Source: Spirochaetota bacterium
Lineage (GTDB): Bacteria > Spirochaetota > UBA4802 > UBA5550
Length of the DNA stretch: 64,000 nt
Reading direction: 5' to 3'
NCBI GenBank assembly: GCA_963664815.2
Contig: CAXXHB010000003.1
Coordinates: forward strand, 1,952,001 to 2,016,000
The position numbers and the translations under genes were made by a program. Of this stretch, positions 52,935 to 64,000 are shown piece after piece (the stretch's first letter is position 1; each line of letters begins with the position of its first letter). The notes below the pieces were generated by a model, which was not told where the DNA came from, did no database searches, and saw only the letters and a program-made list of their open reading frames with translations.

Positions 52935-53330
52935 TCATTTTTTTTGAACAGAATTGTTATCTGTTTCTACAACATCGGCAATGATTTTTAATTTTATAAC
53001 TTTATGTGCCGGATCATTTGTATATACGTATATTGTTTTTTCCACACTACCAATGTAATCACTGCTGTCAAAAGTAATCTCAATACTTCCATCTTCACCC
53101 TTCTGCAGTTCTTTTTTATTTAACAACGTTCCTGTACAACCACAGCCTGTTTTCACTCTGTCTATAATTAAAACAGAGTTCCCGGTATTTTTAAAATTAA
53201 AAACAGTTTTGACAACATTTTCTCTTGTGACTTTTCCAAAATCATGTACTGTCGAGTTAAACATCACTTCCGGTTTTGCAAATAGTGTAACTGATAAAAA
53301 AAGTATTATAACAGATATTAATTTTTTCAT
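52935..53330 (-). CDS. DUF1573-domain secreted protein
   Basis: HDFGKV, FKNTGN, TGCGCT, KTIYVYTNDP. Confidence 0.88.
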   Translation of the reverse strand: MKKLISVIILFLSVTLFAKPEVMFNSTVHDFGKVTRENVVKTVFNFKNTGNSVLIIDRVKTGCGCTGTLLNKKELQKGEDGSIEITFDSSDYIGSVEKTIYVYTNDPAHKVIKLKIIADVVETDNNSVQKK

Positions 53331-53505
53331 TTTATACCCCGGTTAAAACGTAATTGATTTACATAATACATTCAGAAAAGTCAAATAAGATTAACCAGTC
53401 AACATATAAAAAATATAGCAAAAGTATAATATTAATATTCTTCTTGATTTTTTATTTCATCATAAAATTATCGTAACATATACAATATAATAATCAGAGG
53501 TTTTA

Positions 53506-54606
53506 ATGTTACCAACATCAGCAGTTATCCAATCATCATCCTCCTCCTCATTCAGATGGAAACTATTCGGTCAGTCTCTCGTAGAACGCAATATACGTCT
53601 ATTAAATCAGGCAGGGGTCTCTGTTGTCTACCTTGATCTAAATGATGCTGACATGGTTTTTTACGAAAATAACATTAAAAAACATCTCGTAGAAATTACC
53701 GGTACTGAAATAATTGCGGGAAGACCTGTCGAAAAAAATTATCTCCAGATCCCGGCAAACCAGTTTGTATTGTTTAACGCTTTTTCAAAATTTGAAGAAA
53801 ATTTTTTATTGATAAACGGAGTTTACCAGCCTGTTAAGAAACCCAACCAGTACAGAATCGAAGACACCACAGATTTTAATAATGCCCGCAAAATGGCTAT
53901 AGAAGTTATCCGCACAGGATCGGGTGGAAAACTGGCACAGACTATAAACAAAAAAATATCAATTCCATTAAGCCTTCTTTTTTCACGTTTCCGGGTACTC
54001 CCCAATGTTATCACTATAATAAATTTTTTTATTGCAGTGATTGCAGTTTCATTTCTTTTTTCCAGCCAGAGATCATTTGAAGCCATCGGCGGAATTCTGG
54101 TTCAGCTGTGTTCAATCATAGACGGCTGCGATGGGGAAGTTGCAAGAATGACTACGCGTTTTTCAAAGCTTGGCGGTTTGCTTGATACAATCAGTGATCA
54201 GCTTCTTGCCTTAGCCCTTATAGTTGTCGCCATGGTAAAAGTTTATCTGAACTGCTCAACATCAACTTTTGTGATTGTAATGATTTCTGTTGTTGCGGGA
54301 GTAGGAACCATGGTTGGAATTATTATATATTTTATGCAGCACTACACTGAATCCATGTCATTCGCATCATTTGATCGTGATTTCTTACAGGTATTGCCAC
54401 GTAACGATTATCTTGTAAAATCAATGATTTATCTGCAATACCTAGCACGAAAGGAATTATACTCAATGATGGTATGCCTTTTCTGTCTGTTCAATGCTCT
54501 CCACTATTATATGATATTTTTTGCAGTGGTAGCAGTCTCGGGATCATTTCTTGTAATATCTATAACTTTAAAATATTTACCCGGAATGAAAAAGATCAGG
54601 AACTGA
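53506..54606 (+). CDS. CDP-alcohol phosphatidyltransferase with degenerate N-terminal NTP-transferase-like region
   Basis: PNVIT, DGCDGEVAR...SKLGGLLDTISD. Confidence 0.88.
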   Translation: MLPTSAVIQSSSSSSFRWKLFGQSLVERNIRLLNQAGVSVVYLDLNDADMVFYENNIKKHLVEITGTEIIAGRPVEKNYLQIPANQFVLFNAFSKFEENFLLINGVYQPVKKPNQYRIEDTTDFNNARKMAIEVIRTGSGGKLAQTINKKISIPLSLLFSRFRVLPNVITIINFFIAVIAVSFLFSSQRSFEAIGGILVQLCSIIDGCDGEVARMTTRFSKLGGLLDTISDQLLALALIVVAMVKVYLNCSTSTFVIVMISVVAGVGTMVGIIIYFMQHYTESMSFASFDRDFLQVLPRNDYLVKSMIYLQYLARKELYSMMVCLFCLFNALHYYMIFFAVVAVSGSFLVISITLKYLPGMKKIRN

Positions 54607-54777
54607 ATAAGCATCTCTGATTCCTGAAATTAAGTAATTAATACTAGATTCGGCATTATCAGTATGATTTTAATATGATGTATGATAATTTGATAATAGT
54701 GAAAACGAATGACTTAATGATTATATAACGGGTTTTTTCTTGTGAAAGCTTCGGCTATTTAAAGAAAAAACTTTTAT

Positions 54778-54960
54778 TTATTTTATAAAAGAAAACTCCA
54801 TCTTTTCGTTTACAATAATTCCTCCGTAATTACCGAGTTTTATCCATTTGTTCTTTACTAGTTCAGTGTTTGGTCTTACGCCGGCAGAAACAATAACCAT
54901 ATCGGTTTCAATTGTTTTCCCGCTTTCTGTGGTAATTCTCGCACCACCATCAATTCTGTA
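54778..54960 (-). pseudogene. Fragment of FAD-dependent pyridine nucleotide-disulfide oxidoreductase
   Basis: TESGKTIETDMVIVSAGVRPNTEL...GGIIVNEKME; no N- or C-terminus. Confidence 0.7.
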
Positions 54961-54967
54961 ATTTTGT

Positions 54968-56005
54968 TTAATAATATTTTTTTCTGAAATACAATGCAAC
55001 ATTTACAAGCCCAATCATAACCGGTACTTCTACAAGTGGTCCAATAACAGCTGCAAATGCCGCACCGCTGTTTATACCGAATACGGCAACAGCAACAGCT
55101 ATGGCAAGCTCAAAGTTATTACTTGCTGCAGTGAAAGAAAGAGTTGCCGAAACAGGGTAACCTGCTCCGGTTTTTCTGCTCAGGTAAAAGCTTAAAAGAA
55201 ACATTACAACGAAATATATCAGAAGCGGAACTGCAATACGAATAACATCAATTGGAATTTTTACTATATATTCACCTTTAAGACTGAACATTACAATTAT
55301 TGTAAACAGAAGTGCTATAAGTGTAACAGGGCTGATCCTGGGGATAAACCTGTTCTGGTACCACTCTTTATCTTTTATCTTAATAAGAGTAAACCTTGTT
55401 ATAATTCCAGCGATAAACGGAACCCCAAGATAGATAAAAACGCTTTCAGCAATCTGACTTATAGTTATGTCTACTATGCTGCCGCTCAGTCCAAATAAAG
55501 GAGGTAGAATTGTTATAAAAAACCAGGCATATACACTGAAGAAAAGTACCTGGAATATACTATTAAACGCAACAAGACCCGCGGCGTATTCCGTGTCTCC
55601 GGATGCAAGATCGTTCCATACAATAACCATTGCGATACATCGTGCAAGTCCGATCATTATAAGTCCTACCATATATTCCGGATAACCGGAAAGGAATATT
55701 ACAGCCAGCATGAACATTAAGATAGGCCCGATTATCCAGTTCTGTACCAGTGAAAGCAGCAATATTCGCCAGTTTTTAAAAACATCACCCAGTTCTTCAT
55801 ATTTGACCTTTGCCAGCGGCGGATACATCATTAAAATCAGCCCGATTGCAATTGGAATATTTGTTGTTCCTGACTGGAATCTGTTCCAGAATCCAGTGAT
55901 ACCAGGGAAAAAATATCCCGAAAACACTCCGATAAGCATTGCGAAAAAGATCCAAAAAGTCAGATATCTGTCAAGAAAGGACAATCTTTTTGTTAAATTT
56001 TCCAT
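54968..56005 (-). CDS. acr3: Arsenite efflux transporter Acr3
   Basis: [44 protein letters not shown]. Confidence 0.96.
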   Translation of the reverse strand: MENLTKRLSFLDRYLTFWIFFAMLIGVFSGYFFPGITGFWNRFQSGTTNIPIAIGLILMMYPPLAKVKYEELGDVFKNWRILLLSLVQNWIIGPILMFMLAVIFLSGYPEYMVGLIMIGLARCIAMVIVWNDLASGDTEYAAGLVAFNSIFQVLFFSVYAWFFITILPPLFGLSGSIVDITISQIAESVFIYLGVPFIAGIITRFTLIKIKDKEWYQNRFIPRISPVTLIALLFTIIVMFSLKGEYIVKIPIDVIRIAVPLLIYFVVMFLLSFYLSRKTGAGYPVSATLSFTAASNNFELAIAVAVAVFGINSGAAFAAVIGPLVEVPVMIGLVNVALYFRKKYY

Positions 56006-56098
56006 ATTTTAACACTCCTTTTATACTTTGACTTACTTTTAAAAATTATATTTTCTGCCTGACTTGCGGAGATTTGATATATTATAAAACTATCAATA

Positions 56099-57169
56099 CT
56101 AGTAAAGAAAATTAAAAATGTATCCCACAATCATAATACCACCTGCAACAATCGAAACAAAGATTATCATTAATGGCAATTTAATCACTTTTTTAAGTAT
56201 AATCATTTCAGGCAGAGAAAGGCCGATAACTGCCATCATGAATGCCAGTGCCGTACCCAGTGATGCCCCTTTTGCAATCAAAGCCTGTAGAATAGGTATA
56301 ACACCTGCTGCATTTGAATAAAGAGGTACACCTATAAGAACAGCAGCAGGAACAGACCACCAGACAGATTTCCCCATGATAGAGGCCATGAAATTTTCTG
56401 GAACATAACCGTGTACAAATGCCCCAACTCCTATTCCCAGCATTATGTAAATCCATACCTTTGCTACAATTTCCTTAACAGCCGCATATCCTGCATCCAT
56501 TCTATCATAAAAAGAAAGATTCATTTCTTCAAGAGTCAGTTCACCCCTTTTAATCTCAAAAACCCAATCCTGCACAAAACGGTTCAGCTTTAACTTACCT
56601 ATTATCCATCCTGCTATGATCGCAATTATTAAACCCGTAGAAAGGTATAATAAAGCTGTCTTCCATCCGAATAGACCAAACAATAAAACAAGTGCAACTT
56701 CATTAACCATAGGCGCTGATATAAGGAAAGAGAATGTAACCCCAACAGGAATTCCGCTCTCCATAAATCCGATAAAAAGTGGAATAGCCGAGCAGGAACA
56801 GAACGGAGTAACAATCCCGAGACTAGCGGCCATTACGTTACCTATAAAAAGCGGCTTCCCTTCAAGAGCTTTCCTTGTTTTCTCAGGCGAAAAATATGAA
56901 CGTATAATACCAACGGCAAATACAATCACAGTAAGAAGCAGCAGAACTTTGGGAACTTCATAAATAAAAAAGTGAAGAACCATGGTAAGTCTTTTCAGCG
57001 GATCAAGCCCCATCAGATTAAACACAAATAAATCAGTAATATCTTTAAGAAAAATGTATAACGCAATACCGGTGCTTAGTAAGAGTAAAAGAAATATAAG
57101 GCTTTTAATCTTTTTCTCTTTAGATGTAATACAGCTTTCCGTATTTATATTACAACTGCAGCCATTCAT
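56099..57169 (-). CDS. ArsP-like permease (DUF318)
   Basis: TPFCSCSAIPLF, FLISAPMVNE, LSLPE. Confidence 0.92.
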   Translation of the reverse strand: MNGCSCNINTESCITSKEKKIKSLIFLLLLLSTGIALYIFLKDITDLFVFNLMGLDPLKRLTMVLHFFIYEVPKVLLLLTVIVFAVGIIRSYFSPEKTRKALEGKPLFIGNVMAASLGIVTPFCSCSAIPLFIGFMESGIPVGVTFSFLISAPMVNEVALVLLFGLFGWKTALLYLSTGLIIAIIAGWIIGKLKLNRFVQDWVFEIKRGELTLEEMNLSFYDRMDAGYAAVKEIVAKVWIYIMLGIGVGAFVHGYVPENFMASIMGKSVWWSVPAAVLIGVPLYSNAAGVIPILQALIAKGASLGTALAFMMAVIGLSLPEMIILKKVIKLPLMIIFVSIVAGGIMIVGYIFNFLY

Positions 57170-57408
57170 TTCTGTTCACCTATCATCTTCTTTAATTCAT
57201 CAACACCGGGAACTTTGCCAGCGACCTTTACCACTCCATTAACAACAAGTGCCGGTGTAATCATTACTCCATATTCCATTATCCTGTTTATCTCTTTTAC
57301 CTTAACCACTTCATATTCAATTCCAAGCTCTTCAGCCGCCCTTTTCGCTGTCTCTTCAAGCTTATTGCACTTAGCGCAGCCTGTTCCCAATATTTCAATT
57401 TTATGCAT
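57166..57408 (-). CDS. Small redox-active disulfide (thioredoxin-family) protein
   Basis: ILGTGCAKC, YGVMITPALVVNG. Confidence 0.92.
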   Translation of the reverse strand: MHKIEILGTGCAKCNKLEETAKRAAEELGIEYEVVKVKEINRIMEYGVMITPALVVNGVVKVAGKVPGVDELKKMIGEQK

Positions 57409-57637
57409 GTCAATCCTCCTTATAATTTACAATTTATACTTAATAAAACATAACTAAAATAATTCCGGTAATTTTAGTCAGCGGTTTAAATTCATCTTTC
57501 CAGAAAATATAATTTCTTCATATTTAACCTTTACTTCTTGGCAAAAAAGGCAAATTATAGATAAATTTTTTTGCCTTTCCTTACATTTGTCTTTACATAC
57601 ATTACGATTAATTCTCATTTAAAAATTTTAAAAACCA

Positions 57638-57982
57638 TTATCGGGAATTTCCTGTTTTACAGCATCTCATAATATCAGCCTGCTCTTTTGCATTGCTTTC
57701 AATGACACCCTCTATACAGCTTATAAAATTTAGAATGCATGGAGTCTTAAGGCTGTACACCACTGAAGTTCCCTTTTTTTCGTCATCAACAATACCGGCA
57801 TTTTTCAGAACACTCAGGTGTTTCGATACCGTAGAGGTATCAGATCCTACCATTTCAGTTAATTCTCCCACGGTCCACGGCTGCCTGCTTAGCATATCTA
57901 CAATGAATAACCTTGTTGAGTGTGCCATAGCTTTTACAATGTTAGCACGTGCTTCATATAATTTTATCTCATCATTATTCAT
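57638..57982 (-). CDS. ArsR-family regulator (start MNNDEIK)
   Basis: KAMAHSTRL, STVSKHLSVLKNAG, C-terminal Cys residues; RBS AAAGGA. Confidence 0.9.
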   Translation of the reverse strand: MNNDEIKLYEARANIVKAMAHSTRLFIVDMLSRQPWTVGELTEMVGSDTSTVSKHLSVLKNAGIVDDEKKGTSVVYSLKTPCILNFISCIEGVIESNAKEQADIMRCCKTGNSR

Positions 57983-57992
57983 AATATATCCT

Positions 57993-58022
57993 TTACTATT
58001 TGGCGATATTGCCAAATAGTAA
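57993..58022. promoter_or_regulatory. Palindromic operator, probably for ArsR autoregulation
   Basis: TTACTATTTGGC-GATATT-GCCAAATAGTAA, perfect 12-bp arms, just upstream of arsR. Confidence 0.75.
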
Positions 58023-58166
58023 GAAAAAGTCAATTCTTTTTATAAAATAATATTCTGCTTATTTCCTTTATTATAAAAAAATTAGCAGCTTGAAACCTGA
58101 CAACTATACACTTTTTTATTTGGTTATATCACAACAAAGAAAACAGTTCCGTCTTTTAAACTGTTT

Positions 58167-58206
58167 AATCTTTAAATCCTGAACACAATTTCAGGATTTA
58201 AAGATT
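58167..58206. repeat. 17-bp perfect inverted repeat
   Basis: AATCTTTAAATCCTGAA-N6-TTCAGGATTTAAAGATT. Confidence 0.6.
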
Positions 58207-58283
58207 TACGGGATTTCCTGCGGATAGAGGTATCGAGCGCTAACGCATTCCACATTGTGCTTCAACAGTTTTATAATCAATAC

Positions 58284-58466
58284 CACAGCATATTTATGAT
58301 AAAATCCAGACTCTATTTACAGAAAAGTCAGTTTCGGTTTAATTACGCCTCAAACACGCTGTTGACAGTAATAAACGTGTATTTTTCTCTGTCTTAAACG
58401 GAGTTGAAACGGAATTGAAACGGTTTTTAACAGAGTCTTCATACTCCCTAAGATCTGACTTAACAG
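58284..58466 (+). repeat. Diverged copy of 22088-22270
   Basis: Shared AATTACGCCTCAAACACGCT and TTGAAACGG tandem units. Confidence 0.8.
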
Positions 58467-58694
58467 GTGTATAACAAATAGTGCGGCCGACAGGCCGGAG
58501 GATTTTATGTAAGAAAAATACAATATTTAATAATTAAGCTTATAAATATGCTGGAAGTTGAAAGGAATGGAACAGTTTAAACAATTCAGAAAAACAATCC
58601 AATCTTTCCGTTATTACCTGCTGTGGATAGATCAGATTGTTCTTTACATATAAAATGTAAAATCAATTTTCGGTTTAAATAAAAAATCAACGAT

Positions 58695-61190
58695 TTAAAC
58701 CTTGATATTTACCGGTTTTACTTTCCATATATCATTTGCATATTCAGTAATTGTTCTGTCAGTGGAGAATTTACCCATATTCGCCGTATTCATAATCGAC
58801 ATCCTGCTCCACCTGTTTTTATCTCTGTATGCTTCGCTTACTTTTTGCTGGCAGTTTACATATGACTCATAATCTGCAAAGAGCATGTATGTATCCCCCT
58901 GATAAAGCAGTGAATCAACAATCGGCCTGAAAAGATCAGGTTGCCCCTTTGAAAAAAAACCATTCTGAATTTGTGTTATCACCCTGTTCAGCTCAGGGTT
59001 ATTATTGTAATAATAAAACGGGTTGTATCCGGAATGTTTCAGGTTAGTAACGCCCTCCGCATCAAGCCCGAAAATAAAAATATTTTCATCACCAACCTCC
59101 TCCTTAATTTCAATATTTGCTCCATCAAGAGTTCCAATTGTCAGAGCCCCGTTAAGTGCGAATTTCATGTTCCCTGTACCGGAAGCTTCAGTTCCTGCAG
59201 TTGAGATCTGTTCGGAAAGATCAGCAGCAGGTATAATTTTTTCTGCATTTGATACTGCGTAGTTCCGCAGAAAAAGTACTTTAAGCCTGTCGCTTACCTG
59301 TGAATCATTGTTAACAACATCAGAAATTGAATTTATAAGTTTTATAATAAGCTTTGCCATGTAATACCCTGGAGCGGCTTTACCTGCAAAAATTACTGTT
59401 CTTGGAACAAAATCTTTACCAGGATTATCTTTAATTCTGTTATAAAGAGTGATTACATGCAGTGCATTAAGCAACTGTCTCTTATATTCATGAAGCCTCT
59501 TTACGTGAATATCAAACATTGAATCGGGATTAACCGCAATATTATTGTGGCTCATGATATATTTAGCAAGACGCTCTTTATTCTCTTTTTTTATATCAGA
59601 CCACCTCTTCTGGAATTCGGCATCATTGGAAAGGGGAATAAGCTTCTTCATTTCATATAGATCTGTAATCCATTGTTCTCCAATTTTTTCACTTATAAGT
59701 GAAGATAGACCGGGATTACAAAGTTTAAGCCATCTTCTTTGTGTTATACCATTGGTTTTATTGTTAAATTTTTCAGGCCACATTTTATAAAAATGTTTGA
59801 AAACACTGGACTTTAGAATTTCAGTGTGAAGAGCCGCAACACCATTAATGGCATGGCTTCCTATTATCGCAAGATTTGCCATCCTTACCTTCTTTTCAAC
59901 TCCTTCCTCAATTATTGACATCTCTCTCATCATCTCTTCATTTCCAGGATACAGTGAAGAAAGATGTTCGAGAAATCTCCGGTTTATTTCATAGATTATC
60001 TCCATATGCCGTGGAAGCACTCTTTCTATAAGTGTAACGGGCCATCTCTCAAGTGCTTCCGGAAGTATCGTGTGATTTGTATACCCGAATGTTTTAACGG
60101 TTATTTTCCAGGCATCGTCCCATCCCAGTAATTCGATATCCATAAGTATTCTCATAAGCTCCGGAATAGAAATAGCAGGATGTGTGTCATTAAGCTGTAT
60201 CGCAACCATATCAGGAAACTCGTTAAAATTGCTGTTTGTTTTTTTAAACCTTCTGATTATATCCTGAACCGTTGCCGATACAAAAAAGTATTCCTGCCTT
60301 AGTCTAAGCTCCTTCCCTTCGAAAATATTATCATTGGGATAAAGCACCTTTGTAATATTTTCAGATACAGACTTGGCAGATACAGCTTTAATATAATCTC
60401 CATCATTGAAATAATTCAGATCGAACTCCCTCGATGCTTTTGCAGACCATAATCTCAGGTTGTTGACTGTATTATTTTTATATCCCGGAACAGGGGTATC
60501 ATAACCCATTGCCACTATCTCTTCGGCGTCAACCCACCTGCTACGTTGGCTGCCTTCACTATCGGTGTATCGTTCAACTCTTCCATAAAAATTTACTACG
60601 TAAATAAATTCCGCCCTGGGGAACTCCCAGATATTACCAAGCCTGAGCCAGTTATCCGGGGTCTCAACCTGGTAGCCATCCCTGATAGTCTGGAAAAATA
60701 TTCCGTACTCATACCTTATACCATATCCCACAGCAGGAAGTTCAAGAGTAGCAAGAGAATCAAGAAAACATGCAGCGAGTCTCCCAAGTCCTCCATTACC
60801 AAGTCCGGCATCCCACTCCTTTTCACGCAGTTCTTCAAGCGAATATCCCAGCTCATGCATTGCTTTGTCCGCTTCATTATAAAGACCAAGATTGATCAGG
60901 CTGTTTCCGAGAGTTCTCCCAATAAGGAATTCAAGGGAAAGATAATAAACTCTTTTCGCTTTCTCCTTATAATATGTCTGTTGTGTACATATCCATTTCT
61001 CGATAAGATGATCTCTTGCAGTAAGAGCGATGCTGCTGTAGCAATCCTGGTGAGTCGCGGCATATTCATCCTTTGCAAGGGAAAACTCCATGTGATTTAC
61101 AAAAGATTCCTTTATCGATTCAGAATCAGTTCCAAGCATTTTATTATTTGAAGGTGTCAGTATTACAGGCTTATTTTCATTTCCAGACAT
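58695..61190 (-). CDS. glgP: Glycogen/starch phosphorylase
   Basis: [40 protein letters not shown]. Confidence 0.98.
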   Translation of the reverse strand: MSGNENKPVILTPSNNKMLGTDSESIKESFVNHMEFSLAKDEYAATHQDCYSSIALTARDHLIEKWICTQQTYYKEKAKRVYYLSLEFLIGRTLGNSLINLGLYNEADKAMHELGYSLEELREKEWDAGLGNGGLGRLAACFLDSLATLELPAVGYGIRYEYGIFFQTIRDGYQVETPDNWLRLGNIWEFPRAEFIYVVNFYGRVERYTDSEGSQRSRWVDAEEIVAMGYDTPVPGYKNNTVNNLRLWSAKASREFDLNYFNDGDYIKAVSAKSVSENITKVLYPNDNIFEGKELRLRQEYFFVSATVQDIIRRFKKTNSNFNEFPDMVAIQLNDTHPAISIPELMRILMDIELLGWDDAWKITVKTFGYTNHTILPEALERWPVTLIERVLPRHMEIIYEINRRFLEHLSSLYPGNEEMMREMSIIEEGVEKKVRMANLAIIGSHAINGVAALHTEILKSSVFKHFYKMWPEKFNNKTNGITQRRWLKLCNPGLSSLISEKIGEQWITDLYEMKKLIPLSNDAEFQKRWSDIKKENKERLAKYIMSHNNIAVNPDSMFDIHVKRLHEYKRQLLNALHVITLYNRIKDNPGKDFVPRTVIFAGKAAPGYYMAKLIIKLINSISDVVNNDSQVSDRLKVLFLRNYAVSNAEKIIPAADLSEQISTAGTEASGTGNMKFALNGALTIGTLDGANIEIKEEVGDENIFIFGLDAEGVTNLKHSGYNPFYYYNNNPELNRVITQIQNGFFSKGQPDLFRPIVDSLLYQGDTYMLFADYESYVNCQQKVSEAYRDKNRWSRMSIMNTANMGKFSTDRTITEYANDIWKVKPVNIKV

Positions 61191-61624
61191 ATCTACCCCT
61201 CAGAATTATATTTGAATTTTAATATATATTAAAATTATATCAAGATCACCTTTTTATTTTTTTTCAATATTTATTTCATAATATATAATAGCAGTTAATG
61301 AATTATTTAAACATTAATATTTTTTAAAGCTTAACCATTAAGTACTATTTAAAAAACACAAAATAATTCATTTTTCAGGGTATTTTTATACATTTTAAAC
61401 CAATATGTTCATAAAGGGAATTTCCCCATAATAAAAAAAGATTATCCCCTCATTTACAATTTTTTTTTATTAGATATAATAACATCATCAAAAGTTAGTA
61501 CTTCTGATATAGATATGACGCTTATCAGTTTTACATCTGTATCTGGTAGTAATGATTATTGTAATGCACACTAGCATATTCAAATAGTTCCCGGGATAGT
61601 TACCCGTGGGCACTCCAACTGGTT

Positions 61625-61655
61625 GCCGCTGAGTAAACTTCAGCGGCTTTTTTTT
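61625..61655 (+). terminator. Rho-independent terminator on + strand with no upstream + CDS
   Basis: GCCGCTGA/TCAGCGGC stem followed by T8. Confidence 0.7.
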
Positions 61656-61685
61656 AATAATAATATGGTATAAAAATATAAGTAT

Positions 61686-62063
61686 TTACTTTTTTCCCGG
61701 ATATTCTTTGTTTTTCCAGTTCCACCATTTCAGAAGTTCAGGTTCGTAATCCTTTTCTGTTGCAAAATATACCGCGCATCTGAAAACATAGAGTACACAT
61801 CTGTCCTGTATTTTACCTGTAATATTATTTAATGATTCATAGATTTTTTCCGGATTCTCACCGGCAAGATCAGCAATAGTACTGTAACCGAGTGAATATA
61901 AATCTTCTGCTATACTCTTCCCTACACCAGGGATTCTCTTTAAATCTTTAATTGATTCTGCTTTATTTAACATCATATCATCCTCAACAATGTTTATAAT
62001 TACAGCATTAAATTGAAAAAATGCTTTTAAATGAATCTTCCTCACATTTATATTTACATCCAT
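61686..62063 (-). CDS. Helix-hairpin-helix (Cdd1/pathogenicity-locus-like) protein; true start likely a downstream Met
   Basis: IPGVGKSIAEDL, QDRCVLYVFRCAVY, KWWNWK. Confidence 0.85.
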   Translation of the reverse strand: MDVNINVRKIHLKAFFQFNAVIINIVEDDMMLNKAESIKDLKRIPGVGKSIAEDLYSLGYSTIADLAGENPEKIYESLNNITGKIQDRCVLYVFRCAVYFATEKDYEPELLKWWNWKNKEYPGKK

Positions 62064-62301
62064 TTATATTTATTGACATATTTACAACACGTGATAATAT
62101 TTATTTCAATAATTTTGACTGATAGTAAAATATATACGAAACCATCAGCAATATAGATCTTATGTTAATTATATAATTCCATAAAAAATGTGTCACTGGA
62201 TGTTTATAGTAATAAAAAGTCACTTATATTATAAGTATAATACTTCTGATATATATCAATCAGATAACCTTAAAATAAAGAAAAATATAAAATAATCAGA
62301 C

Positions 62302-63132
62302 ATGAATAAATTGATGAAAACAGAATATAAAGAATTCAAACTGCATATATACAAAGGGTATATTCAGAATAATTTTCTTGTTGAGTATAAAGATAAAATT
62401 CTTCTTCTTGACGGTGCATGTAAACCAGATGCTGATCACATAGCAGAATTTGTAACGAAAAATCTCGGCAGAAAAATCAGCGATCTTAAACTAATAGCAG
62501 TGACACATTGCCACCCGGATCATGCAGGCGCTGCAGGAATTATAAGAGAAAAATATAATGTACCGGTTGCAGCTCCCCGCGATATTGACCTTTGGTATTC
62601 CGGAATAGGTGGAACAGTCCAGTATATATCGGATACACTGCAAACAGCATTTATGGCAAGTAAAAGCAAAGTAGAATCCGAACCGCTGTTTTATAAAAGA
62701 TTAATCAAACCTGACTATCTACTTGATGATCTGTCACCTTTACCATTCTTTGAAGACTGGAAAGCTATTCATGCTCCTGGGCATACATTTCATAATGTGA
62801 TGTTTTACAATGAAAAAGAAAAAATTATATACATTGCTGACACAATGATTGACGCAAATAATAAATTTCTCCCTCCTGTTCCCGTACTTTTCCCGGTTGA
62901 AATGAAAGAAACACTTCAAAAAATAAAAAAAATTAAACCGGAGATTATACTTTTCGCTCACAGCGAATCATCAATTATGGGTTACCAGGACAATATGATC
63001 GATCAGACAATAAAAAAAATTGATTCTGAGGATTCAGTATTTATAAGGTTTTTTTACCTGATTTCAAAATTCACAGGTGAATACAGAAAAAACAAGAGTA
63101 AGCCCAAAACAAAAAAGTTGTTTAAAATATAA
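62302..63132 (+). CDS. MBL-fold metallo-hydrolase
   Basis: THCHPDHAG, APGHT, IADT. Confidence 0.9.
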   Translation: MNKLMKTEYKEFKLHIYKGYIQNNFLVEYKDKILLLDGACKPDADHIAEFVTKNLGRKISDLKLIAVTHCHPDHAGAAGIIREKYNVPVAAPRDIDLWYSGIGGTVQYISDTLQTAFMASKSKVESEPLFYKRLIKPDYLLDDLSPLPFFEDWKAIHAPGHTFHNVMFYNEKEKIIYIADTMIDANNKFLPPVPVLFPVEMKETLQKIKKIKPEIILFAHSESSIMGYQDNMIDQTIKKIDSEDSVFIRFFYLISKFTGEYRKNKSKPKTKKLFKI

Positions 63133-63386
63133 AAAAATCGTTTATTTCAAGATATCCGTCTTGTTCCTTAAAAAGAACAAATTGTAAATGTATTTATTCT
63201 TAAAATGATGCTAATATCAGAAATATTCAGAATTAAATAACAAAGTTCAGCAATCAAGAACAAAATTCATGAATTCATAACAGTACTCCCGCAAATAGTT
63301 CTTTTTTACTTGACAATAATATTTTTCTTTTTTTGTATTTCATATGCAATCAGTTGAATATGAAATACAAATGCACAGAGGTTATT

Positions 63387-64000
63387 GTGAAGACAAAAAT
63401 AACAGAACTTTTTAAAATCAAGTATCCGATCATTCTTTCCGGTATGAGCTGGATAAGTATGCCTGAACTTGTTGCTGCTGTATCAAATGCCGGAGGTCTC
63501 GGAATCCTTGCAACAGGAGTTATGAAAGCCGAAGAAACTCTGGAAGCAATAAAAAAAACACGCGAACTTACAAAAAAGCCATTTGCTGCAAATGTGACAC
63601 TTTACTTTCCCGGTTCAGACAAGAACGCCAGAGTGATTATAGATCAGAAAGTTCCAGTGGTTAATTATGCCCTTGGTAAGGGTGACTGGATATGCAGAGA
63701 AGTCCATGCATATGGAGGTAAAGTTATAGCAACTGTAACAACCCTTAAACATGCCCTTGCAGCACAGAAGGATGGTGCTGATGCAATAATTGTTACCGGG
63801 CACGAAGCTGCAGGACATGGCGGAGATGTAACATCAATGGTACTTATTCCTGATATTGCCGACAAGATAGATATTCCAATAATTGCCGCAGGGGGATTTG
63901 CCGACGGAAGAGGTCTTGCTTCAGCATTAATCCTTGGTGCAGATGGAATATCAATGGGTACACGCTTCATGAACTCTGTTGAAAGCCCAGTAAACGAAAA
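63387..64000 (+). CDS. Nitronate monooxygenase/FabK-family flavoprotein, runs off window end
   Basis: GTG start, MKTKITELFKIKYPIILSGMSWIS...AVSNAGGLG, GHEAAGHGG, IAAGG, MGTRF. Confidence 0.9.
   Translation, partial: MKTKITELFKIKYPIILSGMSWISMPELVAAVSNAGGLGILATGVMKAEETLEAIKKTRELTKKPFAANVTLYFPGSDKNARVIIDQKVPVVNYALGKGDWICREVHAYGGKVIATVTTLKHALAAQKDGADAIIVTGHEAAGHGGDVTSMVLIPDIADKIDIPIIAAGGFADGRGLASALILGADGISMGTRFMNSVESPVNE

Noticed and set aside
60546-61151. 201-aa antisense ORF, and other antisense ORFs (e.g. 1298-1711, 39758-40303, 51883-52278)
   Set aside because: Shadow frames of well-supported genes on the opposite strand

Overview
AT-rich bacterial chromosomal segment, probably from a spirochaete-like anaerobe (inferred from DgcA-like cyclase, BspA-type LRR protein, rplU-prp-rpmA layout and FliG-C-domain protein). 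Most of the window is housekeeping, metabolic and signalling genes: MCP, PAS/HD-GYP, acyl-CoA dehydrogenase, Dus, proB-obgE-rpmA-prp-rplU, two tRNAs, hisBH, eno, def, an Acr3 arsenic operon and glgP. The standout is ~11.9-21.2 kb. There, an intact tyrosine recombinase with an N-terminal HARP-like domain and no integron-specific I2 insertion lies directly upstream of, and co-directional with, an array of AT-rich cassettes. The two intact cassettes are bounded by their own ~18-bp inverted repeats (GTTATRY...RYATAAC), and cassettes are separated by attC-like hairpins, which looks like a non-canonical integron-like system. Cargo is defence-like: ParA ATPase + nucleotidyl-cyclase-fold protein; TIGR04255-like + unknown + HNH; and a PD-(D/E)XK protein. 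The array has been invaded by IS91-family remnants that carry their own attC-like hairpin, and by a group II intron inserted inside a cassette terminal repeat. Other oddities are a duplicated divergent XRE/unknown gene pair, a MotA-cytoplasmic/FliG-C fusion, a permuted HMG-box-like protein, a gene split by one in-frame TGA, and an orphan terminator suggesting an sRNA. All calls come from reading the sequence by eye; no searches were run.
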